The position numbers and the translations under genes were made by a program. Shown piece after piece: positions 10,725-21,560 of a DNA stretch of 64,000 nt (position 1 is the stretch's first letter; each line of letters begins with the position of its first letter). Origin of the DNA: Synechococcus sp. (lineage in GTDB: Bacteria; Cyanobacteriota; Cyanobacteriia; Thermostichales; PCC-7336); NCBI GenBank assembly GCA_051439605.1, contig JBFRWN010000141.1:1-64000 (forward strand), in the 5' to 3' direction. The notes beneath the pieces are model-generated. The model searched no databases. It worked only from the letters and a program-made list of their open reading frames with translations, and was not told where the DNA came from.

Positions 10725-11492
10725 ATGGCAAATTTGGTTCAAGCCGCCGAACCTGTTGAGCTGCGTGCGAATGCTTCTGAAGAAGATTTACAAACGGTGA
10801 TTCGTGCCGTTTACCGTCAGGTGTTAGGGAATCCTCACATGATGGAAAGCGAGCGCCTGACTGAAGCCGAATCCTTTTTAAGAAATGGCGAGATTACCGT
10901 TCGCGGCTTTGTGGAGCGGGTAGCGAAATCTGATTTATATCGTTCTCTGCATTTTGAATCTGCTTCTCAATATCGCTTTATTGAAGTGAATTGCAAGCAC
11001 CTATTGGGGAGGCCTCCCGTCAGTCAAGCAGAAGTATCTGAGCACGTTCAACTCTATAACGAGCAAGGATACGATTCCGAAATCAACTCTTATCTCGATA
11101 GCGACGAGTATTTGAAAGCGTTCGGTGAAAATATCGTTCCCTACAACCGCAGTAATGTATCCCAGACCGGAATTTCGAACGTTACCTTCAGCCGCGGTTT
11201 TGCCATTTCCCGGGGCTACGCCACCAGCGATGCCAGCAATTCTGCGAAATTAATTTCAGCCCTCGGTAGCAATCGCGCGGTTGCTGTCAAAGCGGGCTCT
11301 GCCATTGGTAGCGGTAGCTACGACAATACTGGCAAGCGCTTCCGCATTCAGGTCAGCAATTCCAAAGGGGCTGCTCGACTAAATAAGTACAGCAGTCAAG
11401 AGTATGTCGTTGGCTTTAGCCAACTGAACCAGCAAGTGCGAGCTATCCACAAGTCGGGCGGAAGAATTGTCAGCATTTCAGAAACGGCTTAA
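10725..11492 (+). CDS. cpeE: Phycoerythrin rod linker, CpeE-like paralog 1
   Basis: [22 protein letters not shown] and NTGKRFRI motifs. Confidence 0.7.
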   Translation: MANLVQAAEPVELRANASEEDLQTVIRAVYRQVLGNPHMMESERLTEAESFLRNGEITVRGFVERVAKSDLYRSLHFESASQYRFIEVNCKHLLGRPPVSQAEVSEHVQLYNEQGYDSEINSYLDSDEYLKAFGENIVPYNRSNVSQTGISNVTFSRGFAISRGYATSDASNSAKLISALGSNRAVAVKAGSAIGSGSYDNTGKRFRIQVSNSKGAARLNKYSSQEYVVGFSQLNQQVRAIHKSGGRIVSISETA

Positions 11493-11652
11493 GCGTTCGG
11501 TCGTGCTGGGCTGATTGTTAGCAGGTAGTAGCAACTGGTCTTAACATTCAGCCCAATTAGGTAGCGGGAATTGTCAGTTCCTTCAACACCCTTTCAATAC
11601 CGACATTGCAACCATCAAATTTCCTTATTACAACAACACAGGAGTACATTGC

Positions 11653-12411
11653 ATGCTTTGGGTAAACTCATCCGCTCCCCTCGAACTTCGAACTGGGGCA
11701 ACAGAAGACGAAGTGCAAGCCGTCATTACCGCCGTGTATCGCCAAGTGTTGGGTAACCCCCACCTGATGGCGAGCGAGCGTCTCACCGAGGCTGAGTCCA
11801 AACTGCGCAACGGTGACATCACCGTCCGTGGTTTTGTCAGCGCTGTGGGCAAGTCCGAACTCTACCGCAAGCTGTTCTTTGAATCCGCCTCTCAATACCG
11901 CTTTGTTGAAGTGAATTGCAAACACTTCTTGGGTCGTGCGCCTCTCGATCAGGCCGAGCTCTCCGAGCACGTCCAGCGTTATAGCGCCGAGGGTTACAGT
12001 GCCGACATCGATTCCTATATCGATAGCGATGAATACCAAGCTAAGTTTGGTGAGAACACCGTTCCCTTCGCTACTGGCACCAGCACTCAAGCTGGCAGCC
12101 CCAACGTTAACTTCAATCGTTCGTTTGCGCTGATGCGTGGCTATGCAACAAGCGATGCCAGCAACAGTGCGTCTCTGATTTCCGATATCGCGGGTAATAA
12201 GTCATCCACCATCAAAAAACCTGCTGGCGGATCTGGAGCTTACGCCAACACCGGCAAACGTTTCCGCATTCAGGTATCCAAAGCCGGCGCTGGCCCTCGC
12301 TACAAGCGCAGCAACTTGTCTTGCGAAGTTACTTACGACCAGATGACCAATCGCATTCAAACCATTCAGCGGGCAGGCGGTTCGATCGTCAGCATCACTG
12401 AAGTTGCCTAA
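11653..12411 (+). CDS. cpeE: Phycoerythrin rod linker, CpeE-like paralog 2
   Basis: MLWV..PLELR N-terminus, RGYATSD and NTGKRFRI motifs; AGGAG RBS upstream. Confidence 0.8.
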   Translation: MLWVNSSAPLELRTGATEDEVQAVITAVYRQVLGNPHLMASERLTEAESKLRNGDITVRGFVSAVGKSELYRKLFFESASQYRFVEVNCKHFLGRAPLDQAELSEHVQRYSAEGYSADIDSYIDSDEYQAKFGENTVPFATGTSTQAGSPNVNFNRSFALMRGYATSDASNSASLISDIAGNKSSTIKKPAGGSGAYANTGKRFRIQVSKAGAGPRYKRSNLSCEVTYDQMTNRIQTIQRAGGSIVSITEVA

Positions 12412-12511
12412 AGGTAATACACAACATAGTCAGGATAAAACGCTGAAGCGGAGCTATCCTGACTGTTTTGTCCAATTCTCACTTCACTGTCTTTCTGTTG
12501 GAGAGCCGTTT

Positions 12512-12766
12512 ATGAATATCAGCTCTAGCAATCAAACCGGTAGCTACGGAAATCGGTCCGTATCGATTGAAATCTCGGGCTTATGCAATAACGACATCAG
12601 CCACACCAGTAACTACACCATCAAAGTCCCCTTCAGCCGTATGTCTCGCACCATGCAGGGCATCAACCGCATGGGTGCAAAAGTTGTGGGAGTTTCTGTG
12701 GGAGGCAGCAGCTCTGCGTCCCACTCTAGCTCCTCCTCTGCTTCTAGCTCTGAGGCTGAGGACTAA
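12512..12766 (+). CDS. Small CpcD-domain (rod-capping-like) linker, 84 aa
   Basis: ATG at 12512 after GGAG; contains SNYTIKVPFSRMSRTMQGINRMGAKVVGV (CpcD/ApcC domain) and a Ser-rich tail. Confidence 0.85.
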   Translation: MNISSSNQTGSYGNRSVSIEISGLCNNDISHTSNYTIKVPFSRMSRTMQGINRMGAKVVGVSVGGSSSASHSSSSSASSSEAED

Positions 12767-12840
12767 GCACACATTAAATATCGAATTTGGGCTGGCAGAA
12801 TCTATAGGGATAAGTCCAGCCCTTTCGCATGTCATAGGAA

Positions 12841-13377
12841 ATGATGGATATTCACGATTTCGTACAGCAATCTTTGGGGCAATGGCGATCGCAACGCAGC
12901 GCTCATCATTTGGCTTTTCAACATTTTGAAGAAGTGCGATCGACCATCGATATTGAGTCAGTCCCTGCTGACGATACCGAAGTGATTGCACTGTGCAAAT
13001 CCTACGATATCGATCCAGATACCATTGCCAATCCATTTCGCATGACTTGGGAAGGGGAATCCGATTGGGATGAAGAGGAGGAATTAAAAGGGAGCACGTT
13101 ATTGGTGCCCGTCCCCAATCCCAATGATGCGACACAAGGGAAGTTATTACGCGATCGCGGCTATGCAGAAACCGTACCTGCAGCCGCTACCTTTTCTATC
13201 TCAACAGAAGGAGTGTTTACCCTGATTAGTTCGTACGATCGTGCTGCAGCTGAAGAGAAAATTTGGTTCGTTACGCCGAATTTACGCTTTCGAGTTTCCA
13301 GCATTAAAACCAGCGACGGTAAAGGGGTCTTGACTGCTTCCTTTTCATCAGAAGTCCGTCCGCAAAAGGTCGATTGA
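12841..13377 (+). CDS. cpeS: S-type phycoerythrin lyase CpeS
   Basis: WRSQRSAHHLAF, WEGESDW and LLRDRGYAE motifs; position in cpeCDE-STR order. Confidence 0.9.
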   Translation: MMDIHDFVQQSLGQWRSQRSAHHLAFQHFEEVRSTIDIESVPADDTEVIALCKSYDIDPDTIANPFRMTWEGESDWDEEEELKGSTLLVPVPNPNDATQGKLLRDRGYAETVPAAATFSISTEGVFTLISSYDRAAAEEKIWFVTPNLRFRVSSIKTSDGKGVLTASFSSEVRPQKVD

Positions 13378-13441
13378 GCTCATCGCGATCTTCTGCCAGT
13401 TGTTCGCTTGAAATTGATGTATTTGAATTGAATGCTTGGTT

Positions 13442-14068
13442 ATGGTGCTATCCAACCCAGACTCCCGAATTGAGAACAGTCTGTCCTTTGCTCTAGCCCG
13501 ATGGATGGCGGGAGATTTTAGCAACCAGCAACAGGCCTTTGAAGCACCCACTAGATTTGCCCATATTCGAATTTTCTTTCGTCCCTTGGCTGTCGATTTT
13601 TTTGGCGGCATTGGTTTTTATTCAGAGCAAGCCTACGACTACGATTTGTGGACTCCTTACCGCCAGGGGGTGCATCGGTTTGTCGATCGCGGTGACTCTG
13701 TCTACATTGAAAACTATGCGTTAACGGATCCAGTTGCTTTTGCAGGGGCCAGTCGGGAAACCTCTATTCGTGACAGCATTACCCACGACGATATTGAGCG
13801 ACGAAATGGATGCTCGATGGTATTTGTCAGAGAAGGCGATCGCTTTATCGGTAGTGTCGAACCCGGCTGCCAATGTTTGATTCCTCGGGGGGGAGTGCAG
13901 ACCTATTTAGTTAGTGAAGTAGAACTCACCGAATCAACTTGGGTGAGTCGCGATCGCGGCATGGATGTGAACACTCACGAGCCGGTTTGGGGGTCTGCTG
14001 AAGGCCTACTCAGGTTTAAAAAGGTCGCGAGCTTTGCAGATGAGTTGCCATCAATCAAGGCAGAATAA
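13442..14068 (+). CDS. cpeT: T-type lyase CpeT
   Basis: LARWMAGDFSN, YSEQAYDYDLWxPYRQ and VEPGCxC motifs. Confidence 0.9.
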   Translation: MVLSNPDSRIENSLSFALARWMAGDFSNQQQAFEAPTRFAHIRIFFRPLAVDFFGGIGFYSEQAYDYDLWTPYRQGVHRFVDRGDSVYIENYALTDPVAFAGASRETSIRDSITHDDIERRNGCSMVFVREGDRFIGSVEPGCQCLIPRGGVQTYLVSEVELTESTWVSRDRGMDVNTHEPVWGSAEGLLRFKKVASFADELPSIKAE

Positions 14069-14107
14069 GATTTGGCGATCGACGCAATGTATGGACTCAG
14101 AGAAATC

Positions 14108-14413
14108 ATGCTGCCGCCAGAGGCTTCAAAAAAGCTGCGAGTTTGGATTCGAAGTCGCCACCTGATTTGTGAGGGTAGTTTTTTTATTTTTGAAACTGTA
14201 GAGAACTCCGCGATCGAACGCTTTTCCGACTGCATTAGAAGCTTGGGAGGCACGGTGATTTCGGTACAGCCCGTTAAAAAAGTTTGGATTGGTAACCACC
14301 GCCAAGTCCTACTTCAAAGGGTGAAAGCTAGTCTGCTGATTCCCAATAACGATCTCAAGCAGTATTGGATTAAATTTGGGGGAGTGCGGACTCGGTTTGA
14401 CGAGCGTGCTTAG
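14108..14413 (+). CDS. cpeR: Phycoerythrin operon regulator CpeR
   Basis: MLPPEA...WIRSRHLIC...LKQYWIKFG...TRFD; 101 aa from ATG 14108. Confidence 0.9.
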   Translation: MLPPEASKKLRVWIRSRHLICEGSFFIFETVENSAIERFSDCIRSLGGTVISVQPVKKVWIGNHRQVLLQRVKASLLIPNNDLKQYWIKFGGVRTRFDERA

Positions 14414-14617
14414 AGACTCGAACTGGTGACGTAAATTGTTGATGACGTGCATCCACCGCGTTTTCGTTAAAGTAGTTAGCCATTAAGGCTTCTAGCTTTC
14501 TATCCAATGTCAAACTTCCTAATGTCAAAATGTTAATCTTTATAAGGAGTAAAGCCTGCTTTCAATCGCACCTCGTCATATCGATTTTTCCTCAATCATT
14601 CATTTCTCTTTGAACCC

Positions 14618-15526
14618 ATGCTCCAACCGCAAGCATCCCTCAGCGATGAAATCCTATTAGCGCAGCAGCAGGTTGACCAAAATGTTGCTGCAATCACGAA
14701 AAAATTGAAGGACAGCACCTTCGATCCCGCTGTAGATGGTCAACTTTTGGCAAAGTTGGTTGAGAACTTCTCCGATTCCAGAGGTCTAACTCGCATGGCA
14801 ATCGCAGAAGCCCTTGCTGAAGTGGGCCAACCTGCATCTCCCTACCTGATCCCGGCCATCGGCAAGCATCCCAATGCAGTGGTAAGACGGGCAGCGGCCA
14901 AAACCATGACATTAATCGCCGATCGTGCGGCCATCCCAACCTTAATTCATGCTCTACTCAACGATGAAGATACTGTGGTTCACGGATCGGCTGCAGGGGC
15001 ACTGGCCCGCATGGGGGAAGAGGCTGTTCCAGAGTTATTAAACATCTTGGCCGATCCGCACACCCCTCAAAATACCATTGGCCACGTAGCCTGGGCCCTG
15101 GCTTTTATCGGTGCGGAAGCTTCAGAACCCATCTATGAAGCTGTTGATTCCGATTCTCCAGAAGTACGGGCCGCAGTAATCGGAGCAATCTCGAACATTG
15201 CGGAGCACCATCCAGAACAGCGGGCGTTTATCCTCCTGCTCAATGCATTGCAAGATCCATCACAAAATGTTCGCAGTGAGGCTGCATCTGGCCTCGCTAA
15301 GATTAAATATGTCGATGCCATTCCCTATCTTTTAGACCTGCTACAAAGTTCCGAGGCTGAAGATCGAAAAGCCGCAGCACTTTCCCTGATGAAGTTAGAA
15401 GCTAAAGAGGCGATTCAACCCTTAGAAGATCAGTTAGCCTCTGAATCAGATGCGGCCCTCCGCAAGGTGCTCGAGTTGGCAATGTCTCAAATCGGAAGAA
15501 CGCAAGAAGAGGAAGATGGCTGGTAG
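14618..15526 (+). CDS. cpeF: E/F-type PE beta lyase, CpeF/MpeV family
   Basis: HEAT repeats with DSRGLTR, HPNAVVRRAAAKT and LLNDEDTVVHGS motifs. Confidence 0.8.
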   Translation: MLQPQASLSDEILLAQQQVDQNVAAITKKLKDSTFDPAVDGQLLAKLVENFSDSRGLTRMAIAEALAEVGQPASPYLIPAIGKHPNAVVRRAAAKTMTLIADRAAIPTLIHALLNDEDTVVHGSAAGALARMGEEAVPELLNILADPHTPQNTIGHVAWALAFIGAEASEPIYEAVDSDSPEVRAAVIGAISNIAEHHPEQRAFILLLNALQDPSQNVRSEAASGLAKIKYVDAIPYLLDLLQSSEAEDRKAAALSLMKLEAKEAIQPLEDQLASESDAALRKVLELAMSQIGRTQEEEDGW

Positions 15527-15650
15527 GTGAGTCGTTTCATTCGTACTCGATAGATTCTTTTCGACACATGCCTTCGGTAAAAATTGGAGGAGCAGTTCGT
15601 ACCGCTCCCCGCGTCATTGAACGATCGAAAAACCTAAATCCTCTGACCCA

Positions 15651-16259
15651 TTAATACTGTTTATTTCCAAGCATCATCTCAAGGCGAGATATAGCACTGA
15701 CAGCAGTTTCCTTCACGTAGCTGTCGGTGGATTCATCATTGGCGATCGCATCCAACACGTCCAAAATGCTTTCATCCCGGATGGAACTCAGGGCATTCAG
15801 GATGGAAATGGCCACTGCTGGGTTGCTGGCTTTTTTGAGTCCGTTCAGCAAGATATCTTTGGCAGGAGCCCCAATTGCACCCAGCGCCATTGCCGCAGTA
15901 ATGTGAACCACCGGATCGCCATCGCAGAGCGCCGCTTCCAACGCATCGCTCCCCACTTGAGGAAAAGGCTCGTCGGGATGGTTGACAGCCACCTGAGCCA
16001 TTGCTTTCGTGCAGCTAGCCTTTTCAGTCGTGTCGGTACTCTCGTGCAACCTTTCTACAAGAAATGGCACTGAATCCGGACCAATCACCCCTAACGTCTT
16101 CACCACTGCCCGCCGAAAATCGGTATCTTCCTCCCCCAAAAACTGAATCAGCTCCGGGATTGTCGTTTCATCTCTGGTTTCTGCAATAGCGTGCATGGCA
16201 CGGCTGCGCATGTTTGGGTTAGGGTGCTTGAGTTTGTCTAATAAGGCGTCAATGGGCAT
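15651..16259 (-). CDS. cpeZ: PE lyase chaperone CpeZ
   Basis: LKHPNPN N-terminus, DSYVKETAVSA C-terminus; follows cpeY. Confidence 0.88.
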   Translation of the reverse strand: MPIDALLDKLKHPNPNMRSRAMHAIAETRDETTIPELIQFLGEEDTDFRRAVVKTLGVIGPDSVPFLVERLHESTDTTEKASCTKAMAQVAVNHPDEPFPQVGSDALEAALCDGDPVVHITAAMALGAIGAPAKDILLNGLKKASNPAVAISILNALSSIRDESILDVLDAIANDESTDSYVKETAVSAISRLEMMLGNKQY

Positions 16260-16325
16260 TTTTGAAAGCTCGACTAAAAAAGGATAAGAAATGGATAGTT
16301 TAAGCGGAACCGAGAATATCGGAAA

Positions 16326-17600
16326 TTAGACCGAAATCATCAGTTGTGCTCGAGCACGAATCAAGGGATCGTTATCTTCTACTAACGCAGAGGCACTTTC
16401 TAAGTCCCCTAGCTTTTCCAGCGCCAGTAAAGCTGCATATTTTAGTCCCCAGACATTTGACTGCAGGGCGGTCTTAAGTTCGGGAATGGCTTGTTCATCA
16501 CCCAACTCACCTAACGCGATGGCCGCTGCTGTCCGGGATTTTTGATACTGAGGCATGGTTTGATGTAGAGCCTCAAGAAACAGGTCGTATGCCGGTTGGT
16601 ATTTCAGCCAGCCAAACGTTTTTAATACGTTGTAGTTGGCACCGTAATCGCTGCTGGCTTCTCCCCTGTAAGTTTCGAGTAACGCTGCAGGCATATCTTC
16701 GGAGTCTTGTTCGACCAAAGTCTTGATGGCCAGGTAGCAGCGTCCGAAATCGGTATTGAACAGGTCGCGAATTAGGAAATCGAGACTTGGGGATTGGTCG
16801 TATCTGTGAACTAAATCGAGATCCCATGGGTTATCCCGTACGACAGAATCTAAGGCGGGTTGGATCTCAGCAAAGGTCAACTCACCAGAGGCTAAAGCAT
16901 TGGTACCGAGGATACGTATCGCACGCAGGCGAAAAACCAGCGATACCGGACAACGGGCGATGTTCGGAATACTGGCAAGATAATTGGAGTCGATCGCGTC
17001 TTGGATGCTGCACCTGCGGGAATTGACGTTAGGACTCTGAAACAGATTCAGCCAGCGATGGATCTGTTCTGTTTCATCGTTAAGCTTGTACAGAGCTGAA
17101 ATGGCAGCACTGTATAAAGGCTCTTCGGAGGAATCGGCATACTTGCGAATGTGCTCGATGGCGGGTTTGTGATCCAACTTGGACAGCACTCGAATAACAG
17201 TCCGAGAGACCTTATCTTCGATATCCAAGCAGCGGGTGATTTCGGCCAGAATGTCAGCATCTTGGGTGCCTATTTCCCCAATGGCATTCACGGCATTCTC
17301 TACCGTAAAGCGATCGTCATCTTGAAGGCACTGACGGATATGAGGTAGCGATCGCTTTACTTCTAAACGACCCAAAGTTTCAATCGCTTTTTTTCGGGTG
17401 ATTCGATTGTTCAAAGAAGGATGAGTATTTTCGACTGCACGAATCAAGGCATCGATCGATCGTTCAGTGGGGTAGTTGACTAGGTGAGCTGCAGCAATAT
17501 ATCTAACATCATCTTCCTCCATTTCCTCAATGGGTTTGTCCAATAGGGCGATCGCCTCATCTTCACTTATATCGAAGAGTCGATAAAAACGTTTATCCAT
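16326..17600 (-). CDS. cpeY: PE alpha-C82 lyase CpeY
   Basis: MDKRF start, CPVSLVFRLR, TDFGRCYLA and DYGANY motifs; downstream of cpeBA. Confidence 0.9.
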   Translation of the reverse strand: MDKRFYRLFDISEDEAIALLDKPIEEMEEDDVRYIAAAHLVNYPTERSIDALIRAVENTHPSLNNRITRKKAIETLGRLEVKRSLPHIRQCLQDDDRFTVENAVNAIGEIGTQDADILAEITRCLDIEDKVSRTVIRVLSKLDHKPAIEHIRKYADSSEEPLYSAAISALYKLNDETEQIHRWLNLFQSPNVNSRRCSIQDAIDSNYLASIPNIARCPVSLVFRLRAIRILGTNALASGELTFAEIQPALDSVVRDNPWDLDLVHRYDQSPSLDFLIRDLFNTDFGRCYLAIKTLVEQDSEDMPAALLETYRGEASSDYGANYNVLKTFGWLKYQPAYDLFLEALHQTMPQYQKSRTAAAIALGELGDEQAIPELKTALQSNVWGLKYAALLALEKLGDLESASALVEDNDPLIRARAQLMISV

Positions 17601-17682
17601 ATCCTGCTGTCAAAAATTGATGGTCAAAAAATGGCTGTTTGCGAGAGCGCCATCATCAGTCTAATCAATCGCATCCATATAA

Positions 17683-17745
17683 AATCTGGGGATCCCAGAT
17701 TGATGAATATCCGAACGGACAAACATCTTTCTTAGAATCCCCAGA
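17683..17745 (-). terminator. Stem-loop(s) after cpeA
   Basis: AATCTGGG-GAT-CCCAGATT (17683-17701); alternative pairing TCTGGGGAT / ATCCCCAGA (17737-17745). Confidence 0.55.
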
Positions 17746-17783
17746 CTGTTAGAACTGCTGTTCTATAGAGTCAAAACCCTTAA

Positions 17784-18284
<501 letters not shown>

Positions 18285-18373
18285 TTAACTCCTAAAAGAT
18301 TTGAGAAAACTGAGACGAGTAATGTCTCTATTAAGAAGAAAATACTTCGAGTTGAATTGCTCTAAAAGCCAAA

Positions 18374-18937
<564 letters not shown>

Positions 18938-19004
18938 TTAAAAAGTGAATGCTTTTTATAAGTGCTTATCAGCCCGCTACTGGGGGACTCGACAAGCTGG
19001 ATTA

Positions 19005-19068
19005 AACATAGGGGATGGCAGCCCCTCGCACACCTAAAATGAGAAATAAAGCAACAATCCGTAATGTT
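19005..19068 (-). promoter_or_regulatory. cpeBA promoter: -10 box TATGTT with HLR1-like repeat
   Basis: Minus strand AACATTAC-GG-ATTGTTGC (19068-19051), then 40 nt, then TATGTT (19010-19005). Confidence 0.55.
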
Positions 19069-19097
19069 CGACACAGAATCGAACATTACGGATTGTT
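19053..19097. repeat. Perfect 19-bp inverted repeat with 7-nt loop
   Basis: AACAATCCGTAATGTTCGA-cacagaa-TCGAACATTACGGATTGTT. Confidence 0.95.
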
Positions 19098-19218
19098 TGT
19101 AACTATATGAAGACTCCCTCTTTAGCTCGAACAAAAGACTGTCATGCTTTGCTCGAAGCATAGATGTCCAGGAAGTTGTTTAGAGAGTCAGCAATGACTC
19201 TCTCGGCTTGTGAGAGAG

Positions 19219-19407
19219 TCATCCTTGCTGAGGCCACATGCTCATCTCTCCCTTAATCATGTTCTTGACGACGTTGTCCTTCACCATCATTTGTCGCAGG
19301 ACTTCGATCAAATACTGCTGAGCCTGTTCGTGGCTCATCTGCTTTACTTCTGTGGACAGAACTTGCAACTTGAATTGCTGTTCCATGCTGAGGTTGGTAG
19401 ATTCCAT
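19219..19407 (-). CDS. nblA: Phycobilisome degradation adaptor NblA
   Basis: LSMEQQFKL...MSHEQAQQYLIEVLRQMMVKDN; ATG 19407 with AAGGAG RBS; 62 aa. Confidence 0.93.
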   Translation of the reverse strand: MESTNLSMEQQFKLQVLSTEVKQMSHEQAQQYLIEVLRQMMVKDNVVKNMIKGEMSMWPQQG

Positions 19408-19886
19408 CGGTTCAACACTCCTTGGGTGGGTTAGTCGGTGCAAAGGGTTTGTGATGCAAACGGTTAACCTTCAAAGCTGATATCGAGGAATTAAAGAAAA
19501 AGCTGAACTCAAGGACATAGATGCCACTCGGTCAAGCCAATATTAGTGTAGTCAATAAAACTTAACATTGCAATTAAGAATTGAACTGCTTTGTAAGTTG
19601 CTGCGATTATTGCGTCAGGTTCCAGTGGAAGTTGTGTTGAAAGCTACAAATACTAGATGTCTTGTGCAGATTCCCCAATAAATAAGGGTATTTACGGAGG
19701 ATACGCCCTGGCATTGAGCTTGGCCCAACCCCTGCATCCATCTCCCAAGTTAGGTGGGCGACAGCGCGGACAACTAGACCTGACATTCAGTTTGGATCGA
19801 GTTATCGGTAAGGGTGCCCACAAAATGGCTTTATCTTAAGAGATGTCGATCCGCAGCCAATTTGCACAGCCAGGGAGCTAACAGTC

Positions 19887-20408
19887 ATGAATGCTATGGA
19901 GTTTTTTGAATTAAGCGTAGGACGCTGGCGCTCCAACCGCATCACCCATCATTTAGCATTCCGGCGGGCAGAAACTGGCGAACTTGAAGTCGAACTGGCC
20001 ACGCTTTCTGCCAGCGACCCACGGGTTATAGAACTCTGCAATCAACATCAGTTCGATCCTGCTGCGGCCATGGGAGGATGCTTTGTCAAATGGGGCGGCA
20101 AGATGGCTTGGGATAAAGAAGACGCTGACGACCATGAAGGTGCCACAGTCATGGTGCTAGTGGCGACAGATGATTCCGGTCGCAAGGGGCGCCTCCTACG
20201 CGAACAGGGCTATGCCGAAAAGATGCCTGTGGCAGGCCATTTTCATATGGATGAGGAAGATGGACTTATCTTAACCACTGACTACGAAACGATGAGTGCC
20301 AGCGAACGGTTCTCTTTTGCCAGCAACGACCTGAGGTTGAGAACCAGCACGGTAAAACGGTTTGGTGGGTTCAGTACATCGTCCTTGTGCGTCGAGACTC
20401 GCATTTGA
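19887..20408 (+). CDS. cpcS: S-type phycocyanobilin lyase CpcS
   Basis: MEFFELSxGRWRSxRxTHHLAFRRAE and RTSTVKRFGGF motifs. Confidence 0.88.
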   Translation: MNAMEFFELSVGRWRSNRITHHLAFRRAETGELEVELATLSASDPRVIELCNQHQFDPAAAMGGCFVKWGGKMAWDKEDADDHEGATVMVLVATDDSGRKGRLLREQGYAEKMPVAGHFHMDEEDGLILTTDYETMSASERFSFASNDLRLRTSTVKRFGGFSTSSLCVETRI

Positions 20409-20521
20409 GAGTCTGTACTCCATGTCTGAATAAAAGATAACTTTACTGACTCGACCTGCTTAAAATGCAGTTAGCCTGCCAAACCAACTCCACCCTTGCT
20501 CAGATTGAGATGTGTATTCTA

Positions 20522-20585
20522 TCTGTTACAGATTGTTGCCTCTCTAATCTTGGAGGCTAGTTTTGAATGCGTTTTCCCATACTCT
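20522..20585 (+). promoter_or_regulatory. cpcL-cpcG promoter: HLR1-like repeat with -10 box TACTCT
   Basis: TCTGTTAC-AG-ATTGTTGC (20522-20539), then 40 nt, then TACTCT (20580-20585). Confidence 0.5.
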
Positions 20586-20707
20586 GATGCTGGGTGATAT
20601 TTTTATAGCGATTTTGTTCTTCCAGTCCTTAATGCATATAGTCAATCGCAGATCCCATTATTTAGCACGACTTAACAAACATATCTATTGATTCGGAGGT
20701 CTAAAGT

Positions 20708-21463
20708 ATGGCAATTCCCCTCTTGGATTACCCACTGTCTACCCAGAACCAACGGGTAAAGGGCTTTGAGGTTGGTAGCGACGATCAGCCTATTATCTAT
20801 TCAGCCGAAAACCTACTGTCGGAATCCGATATGGGCAACCTCATCGCAGCTGCCTACCGACGGGTAATCAACGAGCAGCAAATGACTGCCAGCAATCGCA
20901 ACCCCTATCTAGAATCCCAACTCCGAGCAGGTCAAATCACCGTACGAGAATTTATTCGTGGCTTGGCCACCTCCGATACCTTTCGCCGTCGCAATCTCGA
21001 AGCCAGTAACAACTATCGGTTCGTTCAAATGTGCGTCCAGCGGCTGTTGGGTCGCGATACCTACGACGATCGCGAGAAATTTGCTTGGTCGATTGTTTTG
21101 GCAACCAAAGGACTGCCTGCGTTCATCGATGCCATTCTGTCTTCTGACGAATATCTAAAAAACTTTGGGGACGATATTGTTCCGTATCAACGCCGCCGAA
21201 CCATCCCTCAAAGAACAATTGGAGATATTCCCTTCGAGCATATGCCAAGGTACGGCAGCGAACACCTCGAAACGTTAGTGGCCCTGGGCAATAATTACTC
21301 AGCTGTCGGTATAGGTGCTGGCGGACAACTCGCTTCTCGGCAAAAGCCTTTACCGAAATTCGTGACTCAATTGGGGGGTGCGTTAACGATCGGAGGAGGC
21401 TTCTTCGTTGGATTGCTGGTGCTGATCCTTTTCCTCTCATATTACGGCCTGCTTAATGTCTAG
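20708..21463 (+). CDS. cpcL: Rod-membrane linker CpcL (CpcG2-type)
   Basis: MAIPLLDY...QNQRV CpcG domain plus hydrophobic C-terminal helix GGGFFVGLLVLILFLSYYG. Confidence 0.88.
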   Translation: MAIPLLDYPLSTQNQRVKGFEVGSDDQPIIYSAENLLSESDMGNLIAAAYRRVINEQQMTASNRNPYLESQLRAGQITVREFIRGLATSDTFRRRNLEASNNYRFVQMCVQRLLGRDTYDDREKFAWSIVLATKGLPAFIDAILSSDEYLKNFGDDIVPYQRRRTIPQRTIGDIPFEHMPRYGSEHLETLVALGNNYSAVGIGAGGQLASRQKPLPKFVTQLGGALTIGGGFFVGLLVLILFLSYYGLLNV

Positions 21464-21560
21464 GCCTTAATACCTAATCTGGAGGCATTCCTTAAAATAT
21501 GCCTCCGGTTGATTTACACTCTGTATCAATAATAATCACGAGATTAATGGAGTCTCTAAC

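Noticed and set aside
19862..19868. TTGCACA resembling an RcaC L-box half-site
   Set aside because: Single half-site only; no N4-spaced repeat.
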